The notes: generated by a model not told the origin, from the sequence alone. A stretch of DNA of 64,000 nt from a virus (IMGVR_UViG_3300033562_000691:3580-67579); one strand, 5' to 3'; shown: positions 49,676-58,908, counted from the stretch's first letter. Program-made: numbers and translations.

Positions 49676-49705
49676 TTTATTCACCATGAATAAAAGGAGT
49701 ATGTG

Positions 49706-49978
49706 ATGAATCGTATTTTGACAGAGATTGAAGAGATACTACCTTATTTCTGGGCATGTGCACTCGCTTATGGCGACACTGACACGTTTACAGATGAGGA
49801 CATGGCAGCTTTCCTTGCATGGAACGGTGATCATATCGGATGGAATATGGTTCATGTGGGGGAAGATAAAGGATTCTGCCACACACACGATGCAAGCAAG
49901 TATGGTGTGCTGGCATGTGATTGCTGTACATATACATTCAATGTGTATCGGAAATGGGAGAAAAAACATGAGAAGTAA
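49706..49978 (+). CDS. Hypothetical protein
   Basis: AAGGAG RBS after palindrome 49676. Confidence 0.7.
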   Translation: MNRILTEIEEILPYFWACALAYGDTDTFTDEDMAAFLAWNGDHIGWNMVHVGEDKGFCHTHDASKYGVLACDCCTYTFNVYRKWEKKHEK

Positions 49979-50306
49979 ATGTCTGAAACACATGGGATTG
50001 ACATTCAATCCGAACCATCCACATGGAAACATGCCAGCACTTGAAGGGGAGGTTACAATACAATTCCACACATGGTTGTGCCGGGTACTTATGAGTAACC
50101 ATATGGATGACTATTGGTATCAAAGAAAGCAAGAAGTTCGTCCGTTCTTCCAAGGCGGCTCAGTTTGCAGACATGATGGGTGGGTGCTTATTGAATTCTG
50201 GACAAAGGATGCAGAAGCTGCCCGTATCTTCTGTGAAGATATGTGTATGGCTTTCATCAAGAATGATCCAATTTCCCGCAAACTATATGGAGAATGTGAT
50301 GACTAA
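49968..50306 (+). CDS. Hypothetical protein
   Basis: GGGAG RBS supports the MRSKCLK start. Confidence 0.65.
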   Translation: MRSKCLKHMGLTFNPNHPHGNMPALEGEVTIQFHTWLCRVLMSNHMDDYWYQRKQEVRPFFQGGSVCRHDGWVLIEFWTKDAEAARIFCEDMCMAFIKNDPISRKLYGECDD

Positions 50307-50697
50307 GAAAAAACTGTACAAGGCATTGGTTCGGAACATCTGCAACTATAAACATCATATGGAGCAAGGTAATCAGGAGCTTGCTGATAAATTTGAAGAT
50401 GAAGTCATACGCCTTGCTAAAGAACATCTTCCATCTGGAAGTGGATTCGATGCAGGTACACATGTGGACATTGAAAAATCAACAGAAGAAAAACTGGTAA
50501 TCACCACCGATTTCCATCATATGGATGAACATGGAGGTTATGATGGATGGTCAAGTGATATCAAGGTTATTGTCCGTGCATCACTTGCATGGGATTACAG
50601 GATCACTGTCACCGGAATCAGACACAAAGACAGATGGCACATGCAAGATTATGTTTTGGATACATTCACATACGCACTGAACAAAGAAGTGGAATAA
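50299..50697 (+). CDS. Hypothetical protein
   Basis: GGAG RBS supports the MTKKKLY start; LPSGSGFDAG...FHHMDEHGGYDGW. Confidence 0.7.
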   Translation: MTKKKLYKALVRNICNYKHHMEQGNQELADKFEDEVIRLAKEHLPSGSGFDAGTHVDIEKSTEEKLVITTDFHHMDEHGGYDGWSSDIKVIVRASLAWDYRITVTGIRHKDRWHMQDYVLDTFTYALNKEVE

Positions 50698-50710
50698 CTG
50701 GAGACAAGGT

Positions 50711-50908
50711 ATGCCAAAACAGAAATCAATCCATCTGCGGAGTATACGTTTATTCAACAATGCGGGGATTGAATTCCCTGTATGTTGTATTCCAAAAAGT
50801 GGTCCCCTTGATGTAGATAAATCCAGATTGGATTCTACGGGGAACATGAGTGAAGTAACCTGTAAAAAGTGCATCAAAAAGATTGAAAAACTTAAACACC
50901 AATTCTAA
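50711..50908 (+). CDS. Small Cys-containing hypothetical protein
   Basis: GGAG RBS; VTCKKC motif. Confidence 0.65.
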   Translation: MPKQKSIHLRSIRLFNNAGIEFPVCCIPKSGPLDVDKSRLDSTGNMSEVTCKKCIKKIEKLKHQF

Positions 50909-50920
50909 CCGGAGAAGATC

Positions 50921-51082
50921 ATGCGGAAAATTATCATTGCTGTATTGGCTATTACTGTAATCCATTGCAGTTTCGATGAGGGTGTTGTCCGCTTTATTGT
51001 GGATATGCCTGACAACGTGTCCAATGTGGATGCGTATGCAAAACGTCTCTGTGAGATCATTGCAAGGGAAGAGGGACGTTGA
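50921..51082 (+). CDS. 53-aa hypothetical protein
   Basis: Own translation MRKIIIAVLAITVIHCSF...; its stop is immediately followed by palindrome 51083. Confidence 0.6.
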   Translation: MRKIIIAVLAITVIHCSFDEGVVRFIVDMPDNVSNVDAYAKRLCEIIAREEGR

Positions 51083-51112
51083 TTTATTCACCATGAATAA
51101 AACGGAGGAAAC

Positions 51113-51400
51113 ATGAAAAATAAAACAACACATCAATTCTTCAATGAGTACGCTCCAAAAGCACGAATGTATGCCAGCCTATGGAGTGGTTCCAAATATG
51201 CTGGATACACCAAGGAACAATGGACAGCCATGTATCTTCAAGATCCATACTTGAATCAGTTAGGAAATCCATTCTTTGATAAGTACTGGATTCTTTCAAA
51301 GGCAATCAACTCATTATCCATGAACTGCTGTGCCATGAAGCATTACATCATCTACCATGTAGTTGGAGCAGAGCCTGAGTTTATAGAGAAAGAAGCATGA
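51113..51400 (+). CDS. Hypothetical protein
   Basis: GGAGG RBS after a palindrome. Confidence 0.75.
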   Translation: MKNKTTHQFFNEYAPKARMYASLWSGSKYAGYTKEQWTAMYLQDPYLNQLGNPFFDKYWILSKAINSLSMNCCAMKHYIIYHVVGAEPEFIEKEA

Positions 51401-51543
51401 CGATCTCAAGTGTGTTTCTGATTGCGTGTGTCGTGCTCTGGATCGCTTCCGCTGCCTTTACCATATGGTACACGATAAACTGGCTTTATCAGGCTTTGTT
51501 TCCTCCTGAAGAAAAGACAGAAGATGATGTAGAAGAGAAATGA
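51397..51543 (+). CDS. 48-aa membrane peptide
   Basis: Own translation MTISSVFLIACVVLWIASAAFTIWYTINW...; its stop is immediately followed by palindrome 51544. Confidence 0.6.
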   Translation: MTISSVFLIACVVLWIASAAFTIWYTINWLYQALFPPEEKTEDDVEEK

Positions 51544-51573
51544 TTTATTCACCATGAATAAAAGGAGAACACT

Positions 51574-52146
51574 ATGAAAAAGTTTACAAAGAAGACAATA
51601 ACCTTTACACATGACGTAAAGGGAATTGGAGAGATCAAAACGACATGCAGGACGTTTGGATCACCCATCTGTAAAGGAAAGACCACTGAGCGAGCAGGAA
51701 CGTGCACAGCATGCACACAGGAAGAGAGTGTCATAACCGCCTGCATGGTGCAAGGCAAAAAGCTGTCCCTGAAGCCTGAGAAGAAAGCAAGAGCAAAGAA
51801 GGAAGGCACCGGTCGCAAAGGCGGACCACGTGGCCCAAGAACAACCCATGAAAATTCTCCGTATGCAATTGTAGTGCGTGGATTGCACAAAGGAGTCTCC
51901 AAGGACAAGATCATCCAGAAGATGATTGCCAACGGGGTGAGTGAAGCGAACGCAAAGAACAAGTATGGATCGGTGTCCTGCTGTTTCAATGCATTCATGG
52001 GAAATTCCAAACGAGATGGTTCCATTGTTCGCTATGCTGCATGGATCACATCAGGGCGACAGGGCGAAGCTCCGCAGATTGACGCAGGCTCTCGCTCATA
52101 CACAGAGAAGACATACGCAGTTATGAAACAATTGGAGGTCTTGTGA
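51574..52146 (+). CDS. Basic, Cys-containing hypothetical protein
   Basis: AAGGAG RBS; C-x6-C...C-x2-C cluster; Lys-rich linker. Confidence 0.75.
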   Translation: MKKFTKKTITFTHDVKGIGEIKTTCRTFGSPICKGKTTERAGTCTACTQEESVITACMVQGKKLSLKPEKKARAKKEGTGRKGGPRGPRTTHENSPYAIVVRGLHKGVSKDKIIQKMIANGVSEANAKNKYGSVSCCFNAFMGNSKRDGSIVRYAAWITSGRQGEAPQIDAGSRSYTEKTYAVMKQLEVL

Positions 52147-52349
52147 AAGTATATAATTTCTCTAAGTGCATAGTGGAAAGTGCAGAGATAAAAACTTGTC
52201 CACGCTGTAAGGGATTTGGAGCACTTAGCACAGATGGTGATGGGCTTTGCTTCTTATGCAGAGGACGTGGAAAGATCTGGATGGCAAAATCGGGCAGTGG
52301 ATGGTGCCGGAGGTTATGGGCAGATCTGGAAAGTTCTATACTTTACTGA
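52143..52349 (+). CDS. DnaJ-type zinc-finger small protein
   Basis: CPRCKGFG...CFLCRGRG (CxxCxGxG twice); GGAGG RBS. Confidence 0.7.
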   Translation: MKVYNFSKCIVESAEIKTCPRCKGFGALSTDGDGLCFLCRGRGKIWMAKSGSGWCRRLWADLESSILY

Positions 52350-52371
52350 GATTCCAAAGGGAGATTCTACA

Positions 52372-52812
52372 ATGCCTACATATGAGCATAACAGAGACAG
52401 GGTTGCCCAGCGGGTAAAGCATACATTGTATGCTTTATACAAGTGCCTTTACCATTGGGAATTTATGTGTGCCACTGGAACAATGCGTAAGCGTGAATTC
52501 TGGGGGTGCCGTTACTTTAAGCAGGTCAAGTACTACTATATTCCAGTAGCTGAATGTTATACTTGTGCAAATATGATCAGCAATGCTGCCAGTAGTGCAT
52601 TGGCGTACACAACAGGAGGGTGTCGTCGTTGTGCTCTCACTGGATTTGCATGGTATAAAGAGTGTACATCATGGCGTTCTTCCTTATATGCTGACTGGCA
52701 GAGGGCAAACACTGACGCTGATCGCGCCATATATGCGCAGAAAATGGTGGATGCTATCAAGGAAGCTATCAAGTACCACGAGATGCGAAGACTAAGGAAA
52801 TACAATGGATGA
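52372..52812 (+). CDS. Cys-rich hypothetical protein
   Basis: AAGGGGAG RBS supports the MPTYEH start; CYTC, CRRC motifs. Confidence 0.7.
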   Translation: MPTYEHNRDRVAQRVKHTLYALYKCLYHWEFMCATGTMRKREFWGCRYFKQVKYYYIPVAECYTCANMISNAASSALAYTTGGCRRCALTGFAWYKECTSWRSSLYADWQRANTDADRAIYAQKMVDAIKEAIKYHEMRRLRKYNG

Positions 52813-53020
52813 AATACGCATTATCGAAGTCTATAAAACACGGACCTGTTTTAACATAACATCAGGACATAGGTGGACAGAACACTATGGAGGGGTGACA
52901 GCCTATGAAGTAGCCGGAGGAGGATTCATCCGCACAAAACACAGAACTCTGAAAGGAGCAGAGGCTGAAGCAGCAAGACGTAGATCCATGCGTGAGAAAT
53001 TTCCCGAATACTTCTTATAA
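52805..53020 (+). CDS. Hypothetical protein
   Basis: Coupled to the upstream ORF; ends 5 nt before the last palindrome. Confidence 0.65.
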   Translation: MDEIRIIEVYKTRTCFNITSGHRWTEHYGGVTAYEVAGGGFIRTKHRTLKGAEAEAARRRSMREKFPEYFL

Positions 53021-53064
53021 CCAAATTTATTCACGATGAATAAATAACAACCAAGGAGAACGCA

Positions 53065-53268
53065 ATGGCCGACATGCAGAGAGATAATGAGAATAAAGAA
53101 TACAGTGATGACTGCATCGAAGAGTTGGCGAGGCACATCATTGATGCTATGGATATGGATGATCTTGTTGATTATGCAAATGCACAGATGCGAGATTACT
53201 TACATTCATTGTCCTATGAAGAAGTAAGTGATGTCATCGACGATAGCGACTTTGGAGGGTGTGAATGA
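53065..53268 (+). CDS. Small acidic protein
   Basis: AAGGAG RBS; Asp/Glu-rich. Confidence 0.7.
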   Translation: MADMQRDNENKEYSDDCIEELARHIIDAMDMDDLVDYANAQMRDYLHSLSYEEVSDVIDDSDFGGCE

Positions 53269-53972
53269 TGGATCAAAAGAAACAAGGAATCCTGAACAGA
53301 ATTGTCAAGTTGTTGGCCCTGTCTATTGACCAACAGGGTACGCCGGAAGGTGATACTGCTGAGGATGCAGCGGCACGCTTGATGATGAAATATTCCATCT
53401 CTGAAGCAGAGTTGCAGGCTGCAAAGTTTGACTCTGGTAATGAGGAAGTTCTGGAAGATGAGGAGGGGCTTGACATCCTGTTTGATGAAAAGCGGAAAGT
53501 CAACCAGTGGTTTGCACAGACTGCAATCAGTATCGGTTCCACGTTTGGGTGCAAGGTTTATCTCTCATCATACAAAGGGACTGTACATTTTGTAGGATTG
53601 GAACGAGACATTGAAACCTGCACATACTTTGCAGTGGTTCTGAAGAATTTCATGGAAGCAAAAGCATGGGAGCTGTTTCCGAATAGTTATGCAAAACGTG
53701 GTGACTTTTACTTTGGAGCATGGGCAAGTATCCATGATCGACTGCAAAGTATGAAAGCGGCCATGAAAGATGTAATGGAAGAGCATGTAAACGGTGAACT
53801 CATTGTACTCAAGGATCAACTTGTGGCAAAGGAGTACGCTGCATTGAGTGAGCGGCTCGGGTTCACGAAACGTAAACCACCGAAGGTTTCAAAGAACCTC
53901 AACAGAGATGCATATCTTGCCGGAGCAGCAGCAGGGAAAAATGCACCCATGAACTTGGGAATCTCTAAGTAA
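53265..53972 (+). CDS. DUF2786-family protein
   Basis: ILNRIVKLLALS...EGDTAEDAAARLMMKYSI N-terminus; AYLAGAAAG near the C-terminus. Confidence 0.8.
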   Translation: MMDQKKQGILNRIVKLLALSIDQQGTPEGDTAEDAAARLMMKYSISEAELQAAKFDSGNEEVLEDEEGLDILFDEKRKVNQWFAQTAISIGSTFGCKVYLSSYKGTVHFVGLERDIETCTYFAVVLKNFMEAKAWELFPNSYAKRGDFYFGAWASIHDRLQSMKAAMKDVMEEHVNGELIVLKDQLVAKEYAALSERLGFTKRKPPKVSKNLNRDAYLAGAAAGKNAPMNLGISK

Positions 53973-54064
53973 TTCAAGTAGTTATAATGTAGTTGACAGA
54001 TAATTCAGTATATAGTAATCATCTAATGCTCAATGACGAGCATAAATCACACGGGAGAAATACC

Positions 54065-54991
54065 ATGAAGAGCAACGAGAGCGTATCCAATCTGGTAGAG
54101 TTCGCAAACGATAACGGTCTGTCCATCGCTGGGGTAGAGTCTATCCCTGAACTGTCCATTGCAGAAATTCTGACCTCCAATCCATTCGATGATAATGATG
54201 AGGATCTGTACTATGCACCGGGCAAGTTCATCACCATGGCAAAAGTTGATGGAAAGGTATTCCATCATCGGCAAGTGTCTGAGCAGTATCGTGTAACTCC
54301 CTATGCAGATACGATCAGGATCACTCTGGATTCCATTCTGCAGCAATCTCCTGAGTTTGGAAAGCCGGAAATCAAATTGAATTTCGTTCCCGGTGGTGGA
54401 CGGATGTTTGCGGAATATCGCTTCCCTGAAGTTCCGCAGAACTTGGCCCCTTCCAAAAAGAAACAAGATCCTGTTATCCCCAGAATCATCGTCAAAGACA
54501 GTATTGATCTGTCTGGTCGGTTCTCGGCTGTGTCTGGTGTGTTCCGTCTGGTGTGCAGCAACGGTATGATCGTTGCACATCCGGACTTCAAGGCTGAAAA
54601 ATTCTTTATGATGCATAAGTCCCATGCCTATAATTTGGACAATGCATTGGAAAGCCTGAACACATCGTTGAAGAAAATCTCTGAAGCAACTGATTTATGG
54701 AAGGCATACATGAAGGAAAAGATCACCACGTTGCAGTTGGCTGATGTCATGGAAGCATCCAACATGTCTCTCCGTGCACAGGAGAAAGTACTGCAACTGC
54801 CCATCATTGGAACTGACACAACTCTGCTCAATTCTGTCAAGCAGGGACGTGTAAATGCATGGACAGTGCTCAATGCATTGACGCAGTTTGCAACCCATGA
54901 AGTGGAGAACGTGACCACCTCCGTGGATCTGCAAGAGAGTGCTCTTGCTGCCATGGATAGTGCCCTTGGCTTGACTGCAGTAAATTTCTGA
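54065..54991 (+). CDS. DUF932/DUF945-family protein
   Basis: VSEQYRV...GVFRLVCSNGMIV...NAWTVLNALTQFATH. Start moved to the ATG after GGGAG. Confidence 0.8.
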   Translation: MKSNESVSNLVEFANDNGLSIAGVESIPELSIAEILTSNPFDDNDEDLYYAPGKFITMAKVDGKVFHHRQVSEQYRVTPYADTIRITLDSILQQSPEFGKPEIKLNFVPGGGRMFAEYRFPEVPQNLAPSKKKQDPVIPRIIVKDSIDLSGRFSAVSGVFRLVCSNGMIVAHPDFKAEKFFMMHKSHAYNLDNALESLNTSLKKISEATDLWKAYMKEKITTLQLADVMEASNMSLRAQEKVLQLPIIGTDTTLLNSVKQGRVNAWTVLNALTQFATHEVENVTTSVDLQESALAAMDSALGLTAVNF

Positions 54992-55000
54992 TCCAATAAT

Positions 55001-55025
55001 TGGAGGGGAGGTTTCCTCCCCTCCA
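55001..55025 (+). terminator. 10-bp GC-rich hairpin after the DUF932 gene
   Basis: TGGAGGGGAG-GTTTC-CTCCCCTCCA; no strong U-tract. Confidence 0.5.
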
Positions 55026-55049
55026 TCCATTCACAAAGGAGATATAATC

Positions 55050-55556
55050 ATGCGAATTATGGAAGTTAAAGTATACCCTTTTGCAGAACTTTCCAAAGAG
55101 GCACAAGAGAATGCATTAAACAATTTACGTGACCTCAATGTGGATCATGATTGGTGGGATTATGTATATGAAGATGCTGAGCGTATAGGGTTAAAGCTAA
55201 CTGGATTTGCCCTATATCGGAACAGGCATGCTTCTGGAGAATTCACTGAATACGCCGAAATTGTTGCTGCACGTATCATCGAAGAGCACGGACCTGACTG
55301 TGAAACCAGAAAAACAGCAGAAGCCTATCTGGAAGAACGTGAAAGAACTATAAAGGAAAATCATGCTGACATGGAAGATGAGTACTGTGCACATGATCTT
55401 TGCCAAGACATAGACACAGAATTTCTCAGATCACTTCTGGAAGACTATGCTATTATGTTGGAAAAAGAATATGAGTACAGAACCAGTGATGAGAGTATCA
55501 AAGAGAGCATTGAATCAAACGAATATGAATTCACTGAAGATGGCAAATTAGTATAG
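55050..55556 (+). CDS. Conserved acidic phage hypothetical protein
   Basis: VYPFAELSKEAQENAL...DWWDYVYEDA...EYEYRTSDE...EYEFTEDG; AAGGAG RBS. Confidence 0.75.
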   Translation: MRIMEVKVYPFAELSKEAQENALNNLRDLNVDHDWWDYVYEDAERIGLKLTGFALYRNRHASGEFTEYAEIVAARIIEEHGPDCETRKTAEAYLEERERTIKENHADMEDEYCAHDLCQDIDTEFLRSLLEDYAIMLEKEYEYRTSDESIKESIESNEYEFTEDGKLV

Positions 55557-55604
55557 AAATCAGATAAATTCCACTTCAATAATCCACATAAAAGGGATAT
55601 AACC

Positions 55605-56330
55605 ATGCTGCAAATAGATTCGTTGATCATAGAGACAACCCGCCGCTGTAATCTTTCGTGTGGTCACTGTTTACGCGGAATGTGGCAGAATATAGACATG
55701 AGTATGGATCACATTGAATCCCTGCTCAGTGAAATTGGTTATATTGGAACTATCACGTTTTCTGGAGGTGAGCCGGGACTTGCTCCAAATGTAATTGCGG
55801 ACACTATCACTTTATTGAATGAGGGTGGTGTCGATGTGCATTCTGCATATGTTGCAACAAATGGAACTGTACAAGATATGGAATTTGTACACGCACTGCT
55901 TAACCTTGCTGCATATGTGGATGACGAACTATACGTGAAAATTTCCAGAGATGAATTTCACGAAATGGAATTCGATTATTATCATAAACAATCGCTTCTG
56001 CGTTTTCTGTCTTTTGTCCATGAAGACACATGGACAATCAGCAATCCTATAGCTGAGGGAAATGCAAACAATAATGGACTTCCCAACAAAACACCCAACA
56101 GGGAAGAGCGATTCCTTGTTGATGTGCGCGATGATGATGATACGTTGTGCATCACTGAAGGCAACCTGTATCTGAATGTGCATGGTGATATCATCGCCGG
56201 ATGTGATTGGTCCTATAAATCACAAGACGCGTATAAAATAACCAATGTTTGCCGTAGCAATTGGGTGGAAGAACTGACCGCATATGTTATGGAACACAAG
56301 GAGGAAGAATGGGTATCATATCAGCAGTGA
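55605..56330 (+). CDS. Radical SAM protein
   Basis: IETTRRCNLSCGHC (CxxxCxxC), ITFSGGEP, VATNG. Confidence 0.9.
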   Translation: MLQIDSLIIETTRRCNLSCGHCLRGMWQNIDMSMDHIESLLSEIGYIGTITFSGGEPGLAPNVIADTITLLNEGGVDVHSAYVATNGTVQDMEFVHALLNLAAYVDDELYVKISRDEFHEMEFDYYHKQSLLRFLSFVHEDTWTISNPIAEGNANNNGLPNKTPNREERFLVDVRDDDDTLCITEGNLYLNVHGDIIAGCDWSYKSQDAYKITNVCRSNWVEELTAYVMEHKEEEWVSYQQ

Positions 56331-56381
56331 TCTGTTTCTATCTATTCATTCGTGTCTGCAAACTTATCTGGGAGATTGGAA

Positions 56382-56714
56382 ATGACATCATATTGGGATG
56401 AAATCGTAATTCCGCTGTACTTCGGAGATATTCCAGTCGAAATGATTATTACAGATTTTGCATATAATCCGGGAGAACCTCCTGTAATGCCATCCATGAA
56501 TGATCCGGGAAATCCTGGATCTGGTGCTGAGTATGAGGTACTTGAATGGCATATTGAATTCCCTGAATCCATAAGTGGTGTTCATATCATGTGCACACAG
56601 CAAATGAAAGAAAGCAGGAGGCTGGCAGAAAAAATACATGCCGACAAAAATTCGTGGTGGTATGAATTTGTAGAGAAGGCGGATGAAAGTCTAAAATGGA
56701 GGAATGCCATATGA
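56382..56714 (+). CDS. Hypothetical protein
   Basis: GGGAG RBS supports the MTSYWDE start. Confidence 0.6.
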   Translation: MTSYWDEIVIPLYFGDIPVEMIITDFAYNPGEPPVMPSMNDPGNPGSGAEYEVLEWHIEFPESISGVHIMCTQQMKESRRLAEKIHADKNSWWYEFVEKADESLKWRNAI

Positions 56715-57073
56715 GAATAAGCAGAGCACTGCGCCCATATGTTGTTATTCTCAACGGTCCTGTTCCTGCTGGATATGATGCACTTCTGAATATAACATCC
56801 AAGGTGGAATCAGAATTACAAGATTCTGAATATATCCACATGCTGCATGCAGCAGGACCAACAACAAGAATGGCATTCGATAGTGTAAAGGAAGCTCTGA
56901 CACAACACAACCATACTGAGATGTTTCGGTATATTCCATCTCGGGTTGAAAACATATCTTTGGATATGCATGCACCGAAGGGGTGTGCCTTTGTTGTATC
57001 CTTTGCCTATTATATCCCGGACAGATCACAAGTCAAATTTGTGAAACCACGCAGACAGGAGGTTCTGTTATGA
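56711..57073 (+). CDS. Hypothetical protein
   Basis: GGAGG RBS; ATGA overlap with the upstream stop. Confidence 0.65.
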   Translation: MRISRALRPYVVILNGPVPAGYDALLNITSKVESELQDSEYIHMLHAAGPTTRMAFDSVKEALTQHNHTEMFRYIPSRVENISLDMHAPKGCAFVVSFAYYIPDRSQVKFVKPRRQEVLL

Positions 57074-57282
57074 AAAAAGAAGATACCCTTATTATTAACC
57101 ATGTTGATCTGGTTCTGTTGGAACAGCAACGTCACTCACTGCATAGCCTGTACAACACATTGTGTATTAATCTGGAACCGCATCTAATAGCATACGATGA
57201 ATTCCAAGCATTAGCAGGCATACTGAATATGCTGGATGATTGGTCCGATGAAAAATGGCATGCCTCTGGAGGAAAAGTATGA
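57070..57282 (+). CDS. Hypothetical protein
   Basis: GGAGG RBS; ATGA overlap. Confidence 0.65.
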   Translation: MKKEDTLIINHVDLVLLEQQRHSLHSLYNTLCINLEPHLIAYDEFQALAGILNMLDDWSDEKWHASGGKV

Positions 57283-57461
57283 AAGATTATAACAAAATCA
57301 CTGATGAAATGTTTGATGCCATGTTGGTAAAAATATTGGATGAAACCACAGGCACTGAATTGTTATCCATTCCGGGAGTATATGAAGCAGTAAGCGAACA
57401 TTACAATAACGAGATATTGGACAAATGTCTGCTTGAACTGGAGGATGATAATGAAAAATAA
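57279..57461 (+). CDS. Small acidic protein
   Basis: GGAGG RBS; ATGA overlap. Confidence 0.65.
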   Translation: MKDYNKITDEMFDAMLVKILDETTGTELLSIPGVYEAVSEHYNNEILDKCLLELEDDNEK

Positions 57462-57732
57462 AGCTAGATATATTGGATGTTGTGTGCATTTACCTGCAAA
57501 TTTTATACACTCTCTTGTAGACAATTCAAGAGATATAAGTTATAGGACTATTACTCGACATGTGGGTAGGGATCAACTGCAAGAGACATTTCCAAACTAT
57601 GCTTGGGACAGAGGGGACCGTGATTTAAAACTGGCCGATGATTGGGCCGTAAGATTCCAAAAAGCGAGGGTAAAAGGCAAGACATATTATTTCGTAGTAC
57701 ATTCGGCAATCGAGTATATCTGGAGAGTATAA
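57451..57732 (+). CDS. Hypothetical protein
   Basis: GGAGG RBS supports the MKNKARY start. Confidence 0.65.
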   Translation: MKNKARYIGCCVHLPANFIHSLVDNSRDISYRTITRHVGRDQLQETFPNYAWDRGDRDLKLADDWAVRFQKARVKGKTYYFVVHSAIEYIWRV

Positions 57733-57785
57733 TACAGTTGCATTTTCAGTAAAAATAACATACAACACAACTAAAGAGGTTCATC

Positions 57786-58430
57786 ATGCACAGCACTCCT
57801 GAGATTCATGCAAAGAAAATCGTATATATTGAATACCCCGGCGCAAAGAAAAGCGACACGCCATGGGAACAGCCATTCCTTGTGTCCTTGCGGAAACATC
57901 TCAATGTATGTTCCGCATACGAGTTGTTAAATCGTTACGGGGATACCTATGATGTCTATAAATTGAAAGCAATGGTAAAATCTATCCATCAACTGACAAT
58001 TGGGGACAATGTAGAATTTGTCCCCATCATCAATCCACTTGTTGATAATTATGAGAATGTGCGGGGATGCAAAGGTGATCCATCTCCGTTCATAATTCGT
58101 GGGCAGGTGGTTCCTCCTATAACATTCACACTGAGTGGAAAAGGAAGGGAACGTACATACGTCCATGCTGAGTACTACAATTATACAAACCAACCATCAG
58201 TGGGACAGAAATCATTTCTCATTAGTGTATTTGAAGAAAAGATAAAAGCACTCTATACAGAAGATCTATTTAATTTGCTGAAGGCAGAACTCATGCATTA
58301 CTCTATGGAATATGTTGCCAAGGATATAGGACAAATTCGCAGCAAATTGGATAACTTAGCCATGGCTATGGATGATTACACAAGCGAAGCTAGGTATGTT
58401 CTGCGCAAAACAGCAGCAAAACTCAGATGA
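57786..58430 (+). CDS. Hypothetical protein
   Basis: 214 aa; AGAGG RBS. Confidence 0.7.
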   Translation: MHSTPEIHAKKIVYIEYPGAKKSDTPWEQPFLVSLRKHLNVCSAYELLNRYGDTYDVYKLKAMVKSIHQLTIGDNVEFVPIINPLVDNYENVRGCKGDPSPFIIRGQVVPPITFTLSGKGRERTYVHAEYYNYTNQPSVGQKSFLISVFEEKIKALYTEDLFNLLKAELMHYSMEYVAKDIGQIRSKLDNLAMAMDDYTSEARYVLRKTAAKLR

Positions 58431-58440
58431 GGAGAATGAA

Positions 58441-58680
58441 ATGGAACTCAAGAAAACTAAGATCAGGTTGAAAATCGGCAAAGGGATGCCGAAGAAGGAA
58501 AATCCAAAGCCAGCAACAGAGAGAGAGGTTCGTGCACAGAAAAATCCCAAGACCATAATATCGGGGGCTGTATCCCCTGAACTACTTGCGAAGTTCGACA
58601 AGATAGCGGCCAAGCAGAAAGTGACCCGAAGTACACTCCTGCGAACTGTCATAGAGAATTTCTGCAAAAAGGGAAAATGA
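58441..58680 (+). CDS. Ribbon-helix-helix (CopG-like) DNA-binding protein
   Basis: TIISGAVSPELLAKFDKIAAKQKVTRSTLLRTVIENF; GAGGAG RBS. Confidence 0.75.
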   Translation: MELKKTKIRLKIGKGMPKKENPKPATEREVRAQKNPKTIISGAVSPELLAKFDKIAAKQKVTRSTLLRTVIENFCKKGK

Positions 58681-58907
58681 CCTTGAGTAAAAAACTCTAT
58701 GTTGTCCAAAATCCACTGATGCCGGGGTGTGATGACGTGTTCTTCGTTGACGAAGAACACGCCTATCCCCCATATGATAAAAATGGATATACCATACCAA
58801 GGGGGTGGTTGCAGACATTCCAAGAAATGGAAGAGCGTGGAGAGATGAAGAACATCGAACCGGGTATCGTATTTTTAATAGTCACTGAACAAAATATGGA
58901 GAAATGA
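58677..58907 (+). CDS. Hypothetical protein
   Basis: ATGA overlap; fills the operon. Confidence 0.6.
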   Translation: MTLSKKLYVVQNPLMPGCDDVFFVDEEHAYPPYDKNGYTIPRGWLQTFQEMEERGEMKNIEPGIVFLIVTEQNMEK

Positions 58908-58908
58908 C

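Larger units (their letters stand above)
44350..53044. repeat. Dispersed 19-bp palindrome family TTTATTCA-N3-TGAATAAA (~20 copies)
   Basis: Copies start at 44350v, 44394v, 44548, 44770, 45047, 45658, 45859, 45968, 46169, 46531, 47018, 47342, 47829, 48161, 48531, 49250, 49676, 51083, 51544 and 53026 (v = variant). Partial sites at 44651 and 45585. Confidence 0.95.

Noticed and set aside
44350-53044. Palindrome array as a CRISPR array or integron attC cassettes
   Set aside because: Spacing is irregular (44 bp to 1.5 kb) and contains whole genes. The unit lacks the RYYYAAC/GTTRRRY ends and length of attC, and no integron integrase is present.
53993-54016. TTGACA as a sigma70 promoter or TTG start for the DUF932 gene
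   Set aside because: No -10 hexamer at 16-18 bp spacing, and the RBS supports the ATG at 54065.
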